Assembly (NCBI RefSeq): GCF_964355755.1
Contig: NC_092680.1
Coordinates: 682,001 to 746,000, forward strand
Source of the DNA: Antedon mediterranea
Lineage: Eukaryota > Animalia > Echinodermata
Direction of reading: 5' to 3'
Length of the DNA stretch: 64,000 bases
Below are positions 1 to 11,800 of this stretch, one piece after another. Position 1 is the stretch's first letter. Every line of letters begins with the position of its first letter. A program made the translations under genes and the position numbers. The notes below the pieces were generated by a model that searched no databases, had not been told where the DNA came from, and worked only from the letters and a program-made list of their open reading frames with translations.

Positions 1-360
1 CTCCTGCTCATGAATTTGAAAAACTGTACTGAATGCAGTCAATATCGGACCATTTTGGACAAAATATACTGTTATTTTCGTTGACCATGCCCTTTATTGT
101 AAATTATTGATCTAAGATCAAATCTAATCTAAGATTTGCTTATATAGGAGAATAAAAAAGAGCATTAGGAGTGTGTATAATAACATAGTAGAGTACAGTA
201 TAAGAGCATAATGAAAGAGAGTATCAGCGTTCCATAGGTGATGCTGCTGGTGCTACTACTACTGATGATTCTGGTGATAATGATAATGTGTTGAGAATAA
301 TATGCATTGTCTTATCTTAATAATGCATAGTTTATATTCAATAATTGCATCTTTTCTCAG

Positions 361-793
361 CTGAAGCATTAAACAATTCGTGGTGGTATGTTGATTTAAG
401 ATCACGGCAGACTATCTCAAAGATTGATATATATAATAGACAAGACTGCTGTGGTAAGTTTAAAAACAACATTAAACTAAAAATATAATAAAAATCAATT
501 GTATGGTTATATAAGTTAAGTATGCCGAACATCCAAGAATAGATATTTCCTGTACATTTATATGTATCTTCTCAAACTAGGTGATAGACTGGAAGGTGCT
601 GAGATTCGTGTCGGTAATAACAAAGTATCACCTTTTACTGGAAATGCACAATGTGGAGCTACTATTACAACATCTGTGATTGGTTCAAATCCAATCGAAA
701 TTATATGTAACCAACCAATCACAGGGCAGTACGTTAGTGTTTATCTTCCCAGAAGGAAACCTCTTACTCTTTGTGAAGTACAGATTTATGCAG
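361..793 (+). CDS. F-type lectin (FTP/fucolectin) domain exons 361-453 and 581-793
   Basis: Translation EALNNSWWYVDLRSRQTISKIDIYNRQDCC|GDRLEGAEIRVGN...LTLCEVQIYA shows W-x-VDL, the R-x-D-x4-R fucose motif, vicinal CC and the terminal LCEV. Both exons are phase 1. Whether they splice into gene 1 or end an upstream gene (read-through GITR*) is not certain. Confidence 0.85.
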
Positions 794-2793
794 GTATCAC
801 CCGATAAATTTCTGGAACTCTTGGTCCACAAATATACTACTGAGGATACACAGTGTATCAACAGTAACAAGAAATATTTCTTACAAAAAACGCCGCGTAA
901 CTTTTTTACTGGACAGTTGTAAGAACAGTCTTTATTAATCTAATATAATAGGTCGGCCAATCAAAACGCAAGTGAACAATTGGGACTTTACTTGTGATTT
1001 ATGTCATTGGCCAGTCAGCACAGTCGTTTCTTTCTAGAATTAAACGCACAAACTTGTATTGGGAATAATGTATGTGGTTATTAATATCGCATTTAGGTAT
1101 TGATAATAATAATAATATGGCTTTTGAATATATAATTACTGTCTGTAGAATAACATTTATACATTTTCGGTTCGCGATGAAAAGTTATATGAATGGATTT
1201 GTAATAGGTATTTATAATAATAGTATATGGGTTGTATTATTGCTAAGCTATCACCAAATCGCGTTATAACATTATTTCTCAGGGTTTTTTGCACCATTGA
1301 TCAATACCAAACGCGTATCGGTATTATAGTTTTTAATGAATCATTACATTAATACAAATACCCAATTAAATCAATCGCGTCAGTCCAATTCCGACTTATG
1401 TTTCGATCACATAGTTCTGTGTCTACACTGTCCCAACTAGTTTAACAAAAAAAGTGTGATGTGCCCAAATATGGTAGTGATATGCCCGATTATCGTAGTG
1501 ATATGACATCGTCATGTCTATATAATATGGGCACATCATATTTAGTTTGATAGTATAGACAGAGCTTAAGGATTATATTTAAAAAATGTTTTCTTACATT
1601 TTGAACGGAAGTATTTATTTGGTTATAAGCCCAATTTTCCAGTCTTAATTTTACATTTTGAAAAAAAAAAGTATTTTATTTGTTGATAAGCCCAATTGTG
1701 CAGTCTTATTTTACATTTTGAACGAAAGTATTTATTTGTTGATAAGCCCAATTTTGCAGTCTTATTTTACATTTTAAACGAAAGTATTTATTTGTTGATA
1801 AGCCGAATTTTCCAGTTTAATAATAATGACCCCTTCCACAGTGCTTATACCATATACATTTTACATGATATTGACCGTGGGTTCTTTACGCCTCTGATGC
1901 ATTTGTTTTTATTGTACCTTTTTAATAAATTATTATATGTTTAGGCCTGATCACACCCAATTTAATGAAACGGTCAGATTCCGATTTCAATTGAACGAAA
2001 GTAGTACTGTATTTATTATTCATTTATTCTATAGTTTTACAGATAGCACCTGTGGACAGTAGCAGAATCGGGTGTTCATTGATAAGCCAAGGGTCCCATG
2101 GCGTTAGCCGATATCTTGAGCATTTGACTCTTGTGTCAACCTGTAACACAAATTATTCTTCAAAATATAAAGAAAGAACCTCACACGTCTTTTTTGTGAG
2201 TGATACACTATGGATATGCCCACGGAAATAATATGTGGACATTGCAAACAATCATAGGCCTACAGTAACAAACATAACATGGCTAATAAGCATAACATTC
2301 AGACTTGCTTGTTTTCTAGTGGATTTTTATTTACTTTAGCATGTAGAATAAAACTAGTAACAGTGGCTATATTAATAATTATACTGATTATCCTTGATGT
2401 TATCGCGTCTAATAATAAAATATTTTGTTGTTGATAAGCCCAATTTTTCAGCCTTGATTTTACATTTTGAACGAAAGTATTTATTTGTTGATAAGCCCAA
2501 TTTTGCAGTCTTAATAATGACCCTTCCACAGTGCATTTTACATGATATTGACCGAGGGTTTTTACGCCTCTATAGCCACTAATCAATACAATAAGTAATG
2601 TACTTTTTTAAATGAATATTGAAATGTTTCAACATACCCAATTAAAAAAAACGGTCCGTTTTCGAGTTCAATCTTTTGATTAGAGAGGTTGGAGTTTCAT
2701 TTTGAACGAAAGTATTTATTTGATTGATAAGCCAAATTTCTAGTCCTAATGATTTGAGATTCAACGGGTTTTGCTTTCAATTGTATAATAATA

Positions 2794-2863
<70 letters not shown>

Positions 2864-5800
2864 TAATATTAAGTATAATTATGAATTCACCAACACTTTC
2901 AGGCCCGGGGCCGAGTTTGTGTAGACCAGACTTCCATGCACAGTCACATGTTAAGGAATATGAAGTCTTTATGATTTTAATATGGTTCGAAATGATATTA
3001 CACAACAACGATTAGACAGCAACTGTGCAAGAGTCCAACTAATAAAATCGGAATGATCAATTAATTGAACATTTACAGCATAAGGCCCATACACTAGGAC
3101 GATAACGATCGACGATAAATAGACACATGTGCATTTTTAATAAAAAAAAATAGAAATATAAACAATTCCTTTGACGTCATGATTAGTAAGACCAATAATA
3201 TCGTGACAATACAGCGATGTTATTGTTTTTATTTATCATGACGTCATTTGATTGGAATTTGAAAAACATTATTTTTATCAAAGACAGCATAAATGATTAT
3301 CCTATAGGTCTAGAACGAAAACCTTTCTAATTTCTTTTGGTTTATGTAAAAAAAATGCATGCTATATATTTATCGTCCGTCGTTATCGTCATAGTGTAAT
3401 TGGGCCTTTATACAAAAAAAATAAATTGATTACGAAGTTACATGTCATTTTCACCTATCACCAAAAAACTATACCTTTTCAAAACTAATTAATTGTTACG
3501 AAGCCAATTTATATTATATATTTCATTAAAACTTAACTTTACGGTAAATTAAGAGTAAGTATCACTCAGTTAATATGAATAATATAACTAGTAGGTCTAT
3601 GAACTTGCGTCCAGACACAGAACTGTGACATTACTATCATAAAGGTTGAAACCACTTATAAAACCTTTTTTTTTAAAGAAAGTATAATTGTGTTAGGAGA
3701 AGGCTAATAAACAAATAGATAATGTACAAACCTTTTTCTGGATTAATTAATGGAGCAGGCGTTCCTAATAATCTGCTGCTGCTACCTAGACTGATTGTTC
3801 ACCTTCTGACGATAATTGATTGGACCCCCCACGGCATCTGATAACCAACAAAAAATTTACGAGGACTGTTTCAATGATTTAATATCTGACGGCGTATTAT
3901 TATAACATATTGGCCTAGATTGACAGTCAAAGAAAGTCATTGTAAATACCTCCCTTTATGTTGACAGAGCCAAAATAAAGTTTTGACCATTATCGAATGA
4001 TTATTTGACAGTGACTTATTATAATACCGGCCTGGTTGACAGCAAAAACGAAGTTATTATTTATTGATCAAGATTTTACAGATTTCCGTCTACATCTCAA
4101 TAATACTGTATTATCAGCCAAGGCTTTCATATAGACTCTCTTCTCCCAGACGTTTTTTGGGTCCAGCAGCTACCTATAAATTATAGTCGAGTTTCCAAAT
4201 TCACAAAACTGTCAGCCTTAGATACTAAAGCTACCGCTATGAAACAGCTTATTAATGAATGTGTCCTCCTGGGACATAGCTGGCTAGAGCCGCGGCGCGA
4301 AAATATGTGTTAAAAATAATGGGTTTCTAGAAAACTCAGATCTAAAAAACTCAGATCTCAGATATATCTGAGTTTTCTAGTTCTAGAAAACTCATTTATC
4401 TGACTTTTCTAGATCTAGAAAACTCAGATATCAATATCTGGGTTTTCTAGTTCCAGAATGGAACTAAAACTCATTAATGATTGGTTGGAAGGTCATTTGG
4501 ATCATTCCATTATTAATCAGAAGTAGGTCATTTGAAATACTAGAGTATTATTAAAACTGATTACTGTGTACGTTTTCGTACTAATATTGTAACATGAAGA
4601 AGCGGCCTACGGCTTAAATCATACATGAAAATACAGTGCATGTTACCGTTAAAATTTAGGCTTAAAAATGAGGCATGTACGAGTTGGTGTGGGTACGAGT
4701 TGATTGAGGTACGAGTTAGCCAAGTTGGGAATAGGTACGAGTTATTTTGGGTACGTTATTTCTCAGGCAGCACGTGTCAGTTCTTTCACTATGACGTTAT
4801 CCAAATTACTTTACACTAGATGGTACGCTCGCTTCGCTCGCGTACCATCTAGTAATAATAATTATTAGTATAATAAGTACATTTTCCGGGGACCTACAGC
4901 TCTATTTTGCACAATTTTCTTAATCCAGCCCCAACCATGGTATTCTGTTTCATATTTCGAAGTATAATTCAACCAGGGACCTAGCAACATTTTCTTAGCT
5001 TCACACCACCCATATTGGTCTGGTCCTGTAGACTTATAATTTCGTTTCATATATCAATGTAAAAGTGCAATTTTCGGACACCCAGCAGCTCTATTCTTCA
5101 AAAGTATTTTTTTTTCAGTTTTTATAGTCCCGAATTAACAATGTTCGCACCTCCAGACAGCAACCAGCCTACGCCTCGTTTCAATTGAAACTTTTAACTT
5201 AAATTATCGTAAATATTTAAATTGTCCATAGGCCTACCTTGTATATGTTATATATTGTGTGCCTCTTTCTATATTATGTCGCGTTGTATATAATAATAGT
5301 TTATCCAATTTTAAATCGGTATGGTATTATATAAGCTTTAATTAAAAAAGACATGGCTGTTAAATTTTAGGTGGGTGAGGGGGTTGCTGTTGTTTGGGAG
5401 GGGGGGGGGGGGGGTGATTCTAAAGCCTGTTTCCTGCCTAAATCAGCTTTAATTAACGAATACGCAGAAATTCTACGTTATCCTAGAATCATTATATGAA
5501 TCTTTGATTTCCTAAAGTTGACTTAACCATCCTTATCGTTGTTTCACACGAATACAAAGGGCATCAACCTCTTCACGCACGTATGGAAGAGTCGACGGTA
5601 CATTCTGAACGTTACGATAAAGGCTATGATCTGAGTGGACGCCGACATGAAATGTTTAAGTTATTTTGCACAGATTGTCGTTTAACAAAATAAACAATTT
5701 CCTTAAATCTATTTTTTATAATATTTCATTATATTATTATTTGCCAAGGGCATTCTCCAACCCCCACTACGCCTCCTCCGGAAACCATCATACCTACGGA

Positions 5801-8800
5801 CCTGTCTACTAATTATTGCGTCAATGACACCTATCCACAAGATACTAACTGTAATATGTATGCGGCGGATGCGGCGACTACTGCTAGTCCCGATGAGGCG
5901 CAACCTGGAGCCGACGAATCATCATCAGTTAGCTGTAACAGCATATACAACCTTCTAGGCACTGCTTTGATATACATCATTGGTCTATCTAAAGAAAAGT
6001 GTGCTGATGGTGGTCAGGTTTCTATTGGCAGCTGTTTTCATTTGGTCTATGATAATGGTATGTAATAAACTTATATTTAACTATTTAATTAAACTTAAAT
6101 GCGTTGGTATTAATACAGAATACAGAAATGTATTGGTCCAAAAGGAAATTCGTTTCGTTGACAAGCTCAAACAATTATAAATATAAATGTCTTGAATACA
6201 AAAATACAAGTGTGATAACAAGATTTAAAAAAAAATACGAATAAACATCGAACATAGACAAAAATATAAAAATACTATATCGTAAACATATAAATATATA
6301 TAAATAAATGAAAGACGCTAGTAAATTACCAACTGAACATTTTATTGCACTACAGGCTGTTTCATGAGTATGAACTCAATCTTCAGGTGCTTGGCTCTGA
6401 ATGATAGTCACAAGTGAATACAAAAAGCTATAATGAAGTCTTAAGGCAAACTGTTTATGTGAACAATAGTATGCTAATTAGCAAGTACAACACATCTCTA
6501 TTTCCTGGACAGTCTATTGTTAACCAAATTCTTATTATCTAAATTACTGATACTTTAGTAGAAACTTTCTCCTATGTCTACATGCACTGACTAATTCGTT
6601 CCTTTGGTTAAGTGAGCTGGTTTCAGGCTTGCATATAATATAATACTTCTCTTGTAAGCATAGATTACACCGTTTGTTAACATTGGAATATGGTTTACAC
6701 TTCTTTATTATTCGCCATTTAATGTTATACTTTATGTTATCATCTTTTAGCTTCCAGATGTAATGGCTAAGTGTTGTGCTGTTTTTGTATTTAACATTAC
6801 GGAATGAACTATTGTGTGCGTTATATCTGCATTTAAATGTGTTTTCGGTTAGTCCGACATATGTTTCAACTTTATCATCATCATTTGTTGTTACTGTAGC
6901 CTGATAAACAACACCACTGGTTAGGCATTTCCCATTTAATGGGCATTCATTTCGACAGTTGCATTGCTTGATGTTATCACAGGGCATATCATTACGTAAT
7001 ACATTTTTGTTGTGGGCCGATATTACAGACCCTATATTAGGCATACAACTATAGCTGATTTTAATTTAGTTTCTATTAAATATTTTTCTTGCTCATGGTT
7101 ATGTGGAAAACATTCATCTACAGTCTTTAAGAACTCGTGCCCTATTTTGGTTTTCACGTTGGCACTGTAAGGCGGGTTGAACCAGATGATATTTCTTTTC
7201 CTTGTCTTCTTCACGTTATTTTGTGCGCTGGTATTGGTCGGGTTGTACTTCAGATTGTGGTCGTATCCACTTTCATACAAGGCTTCTTGGTACGGTTTCT
7301 TTGATTCATTGAAAACAGTTTCATTCAAAGAAATGTTTGATAATCTTTTGTTTATGCCTTCAGAGATGTTCTTAATTATTGATGCTGGATGATTACTTTT
7401 GCAATGAACATAGCGTGGTTTGTTGTTTTCCTTTAAATAAGGCTTATAGCTTCCATCGTCAATACAATACATTACATTGTATTGTATTGACGATTACATT
7501 TGTTCGGTTCAATTTGACCGTCTAAAAAGTGCTCAATACGATAAAGTAGACCTAAAATATACGTTAAGTCTGGAAAAGAAGTAAAAACTACAGTTTGGTC
7601 TCTACAGGCTTGTTTCGTGAGTCGTGCAACTCACTCATCAGGAGACTATAATGGGAAGAATCAATTACAACGTTGCTTATAAGCACATTTACTTGTAGAA
7701 TTAGCATTTACATGTGATATGTTTTGGAATGTCAGCTGTTATGTAACAATGCTTTCTTTCTGTGCCGGCAGGCGGACACAAGTTCGTTACGTTTGTTTAA
7801 TGTCGATAATTCAGGGTGGCGGATGATAAATAATTTCTCTTTGAGGTAGAGGTTGCATTTTTTGTTTGCGCTACTATATGCTTTAGTAGATGCCAAGATG
7901 CGCCATGAGATTGAATAGTCTGTGTTGTTGTCCTTGAGTGTCCAAATATGTTTACTGAGTTCGGTTGAGTTTCTAGAACGTGTATTACGGAATGATGAGG
8001 TGTGATTTCTGTATCGTGTTTTAAAATCATTTTCAGTGAGTCCGATATAAGTTTCCGAGGTGGATTTGTCTTTGCGTGTAGGCCTAACTGTGGCTTGGTA
8101 TATTACAGATGATTGTAAGCAATTTCCGTTTAGCGGGCATGTGTTTTTCTGTCGGCAGTTGCATGATTTGTTTTCTTGCGTGTTTTCCACGGATGTTGTT
8201 TCGGGCTGGTTGAGTATTCTCTTGTTGTGACTGTCTATTATCTGTTTCATATTGTTCATACAACTGTAGCTAATCTTGATAGTGTTTCGGTTGAAGATTT
8301 TTCTTAGTTTGTTATCTTTTGGAAAATGTTTGTCTACTAGGGATAGGAATTTCTGTCCAATGTTTGTGCTGACGTTTTTGCTGAACGGTGGGTTGTACCA
8401 CAGAATGTCGTTTCGTTGTCTGTTTTTTCGTCTTGTCTGGGTTACCGGCTCGTATTTTAGTGTGTACTGGTATCCACTGTCGTTGAGAGTTTTCTGGTAT
8501 ACTTACTTCTTCTTCTTTCCCTTTTCAGGGAATTTATTGGTTCAACGTATATTGGCCTTTGGCCCTAATACAAACAAATAAAATATAACTATAACTTAAG
8601 ATAATGGTTTCTTCTTTCAAAAGCAAAGTAGACGTATTTTCCTAAATTATAAGTAAAATTTGTGTTGGAAAGTAATAAACAAAGCTTATTAATAGAAGGA
8701 AAAACACGAATAAATCTTGGAATAAAACTTTTTCTTAAATCATTATAAAATGTGCATTGCAAAATAAAATGATATTCATCCTCAACAATATTCTTTTTAC

Positions 8801-11800
8801 ATAATTTACACGTTCTCTTATATCTTTCTACACCCTCCCATCTGCCCTTTTCAATTTATAGCTCTAATATCCCTAAAACGTAACTTAGTTAATAATCTTC
8901 TTTGTTTAAAATTAATGATGTTGGTCAAGTGATAACTTAAACATATTTCTTTTTTATAAAGAAAAAAGAGCCTTAACTTATTATGTAAACTAAATTTTTG
9001 AATGCATTTTTGTTTTTCAATATCACATAAGCGCAACTTAAATTCTCTCAAAAATAAACCTTTACTATTAACATATTGTTGTAACCATATATAACCAAAA
9101 CCAGTAGAAAAGAGTAAGTGTTTGACCTGTTGTGCCCAACAATTCTCATTACGGTTAACTTTTCTAAGTTGAAACTCATAACACTTAAAAATGAATCTGT
9201 CATGATCTAAAGTAATAATATGTAACCAAAATCTTATAACTGTAACTAAACAATCCAAAGAAAGTGGTAATCTACCTAACTCAGAAGTAACAGCGGCATT
9301 TGGTGCATTTTTTCCAACTTGCAATAAATAATTATCTACAAAATTTAGTATGTGTTTTTTCTATAATAATAATAATAATAATAATATTTATTCGGTCATC
9401 AATGTAAAAATAACCAGGAATGAGAATAGGCTAAAGCCCAAACAGATTCTGCACTCACTCCATAAAAAAAGGTTTCGTCCGGGCTCAAACCAGGTACCTT
9501 CTGCGTGTTAAGCAAACGTGATAACCACTACGCCAAGAATCCGCATATAATGTTTGTGCTATCTGACATGCCCCAGATTTCGCTTCCATACGTTAAAATA
9601 GGAAGTATTTTCACATCAAAAATATTGTTCCATGTATTAATTGGAAGAAAAGATAAGTTACGATAAATAAATGATTTTAAGCAGAATAAACTTTGATTTG
9701 CTTTTTGTTGATTATGTTGTGTTGAGTTGTTCCATGCACCATTTGAACTAAAAATAACACCAAGATAATTATACGAATTAACAATTTTTAATTGAATATT
9801 TTTATACTTCCATTTGTCAATGTTCCTTAAATTGCGGCCATTTTTAAAAACCATAATTTTGGATTTTGTAGTGTTTACAGTAAGTTTCCAGGTATCACGA
9901 TAAAGTTCAAGTTATGAATCATCTGCATAAAGAAGATGATTCATATGACAATCTCCAATTTGAATGAAATCGTTTACCTGATTAAGTATACCACTCAAAT
10001 CATTAATGTAAATATTAAAGAGTAAAGACGACAACGGAGAACCTTGTTGTACTCCAATCGAACAATTAAAAGATGGACTAAGTTTGTTGCCAATTTTAAC
10101 ATGAGCAGATAAGTTTTGGTATAAGGAATTTATTATGTGTAACATTCTGCCTGAAACACCGATACATTTCAACTTATGTAGTAAAAGTGTATGATTTATA
10201 GAGTCAAAGGCAGGTTTAAGATCAACAAAACAAACAAAAATCCTACCCCGCTTTTAAGTATTTAGAGATGAGGGTATCTAAAATGAATATATTATCTGTC
10301 GTTCTATATCCCTTACGAAAGCCTGCTTGTTCCTCATGATTTAACTTTTTACTATTTGTAAATTGTGTTAACCTAGAATTAAGAATATGTAAAAATATTT
10401 TTCCTAGGATTGGAATTAAAGAAATACCTCTATAATTTTCAGGTTTGTTTTTATCTCCATTTTTAAAAATTGGAACGATTAAGCTTGTTGCCCATTGTTT
10501 GGGAAATTTTCCAACTAAAAATATGGCGTTAAAAAGAATTTTTAAAATATTAAAAATAATGTTGGGGGCGTTTAGCAAAAATTCAAAATTCATTCCATCA
10601 ATGCCGGGAGCTTTTCCACTATTTTGAGAATTAAATGCTTTTTTTATTTCATCCAACGTTATGTCGTGGTCTAAATTATCATCGTCTTCATTCTGTTGGC
10701 ATTCTGTGATTTTTGGCAACTCAGCGCTACCAATAGACTCATCGTTTTTAAATAGGTTCTTAAAATGAATATAACATTGATTAATAGAAAGTTCGCAAGA
10801 TAATTTCTGTTTTGTCTTCAACTTCATCCAAAACGTTTTGCTATCCTTTGTATTGAGTGAATCGATAATTTATTTGCGTATTCTTTTATGAAAGTAATTT
10901 TTTTTGCATTTTAATAGCGATTTATATTGCTTTTTTATCTGAATATAATTATTTAAAAAAGGTTGAGTGCGCATAATTCTAAATCTCTTTAATGATTGTT
11001 TAACCTGCATTTTAAGGTTCTTACAATCTTGATCAAACCATTCGTTTCGTTTTGTAGAAGTTGAAGATTTACTTGTTTGTGTATACTTAATTCCTTTACA
11101 TACGTATTCAAAAATTTTACATAAATGTGAAACTGCCTCATCAATTTTATTTTGAGAGATAGCATTCATAAAATCATTATCAATAGTTTCAATGATATCA
11201 TGTTCCCATCTGACTTTGGATGCATTAATGTAACTGTTGAACCATTTGAACGTACTCTGAGTAAACGTGTCATCTTCATTGACAATCAATTTGGTGTGTT
11301 CTTTGTCTTTGAATTGAATACTAAAGGCAATTGGCATATGATCCGATTCAACACGGTCATCAATTCTTAAATAAGATATTAGTTTAAAGTTGTTTGAGTA
11401 GTATACAGGGGCGGCTTGGTTGAATGAATTCTTGTCGGATGACAAGGACGAGAGTCGTTTGTTTATTCCGGCGGGTATATTCTTTAGGATGGTCGGTGGG
11501 TGGTTACTTTGTTGATGGATATACTTTAACGTGGCGTTTGGTTTGGTGTAGCGCTGGTGTGTGTTCTTCGCTAGGTTGAGTGTGACGTCTAAGAAGTTGA
11601 TGACTTGTTTGTTTGCTTCTATGGTAATGCGTAGGCCGTTATCTTTGAATATTTGGCATATGTCTTTTTTGATATTTTCTGTGCTTTTAGGTGTGGTGTC
11701 TGTGACTGCAAGGCCGTCATCTCTGTAAAGTCCTATTTTGATTCCTAGTTTCTATTGTAATTGGTGTAACAGGAAGCTTCCAACAAGTTCATATGTTTCT

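Noticed and set aside
2010-2990. Exon-like GC-richer patches on the minus strand (acceptor near 2142, donor near 2891) suggesting a nested antisense gene
   Set aside because: The obvious frame stops immediately after joining and there is no recognisable homology. Not supportable without RNA data.
2697-3008. ORFs with IYIYIY runs
   Set aside because: (TA)n microsatellite artefact.
4815-4853. Short hairpin actagatggtacgc...gcgtaccatctagt
   Set aside because: Probably the terminus of a decayed Helitron/Helentron-type repeat, and too short to assign a function.
9470-9542. Functional tRNA-Val gene
   Set aside because: Acceptor stem is poorly paired, the T-loop reads TTTGAG, and it sits in a target-duplicated insertion within a LINE.
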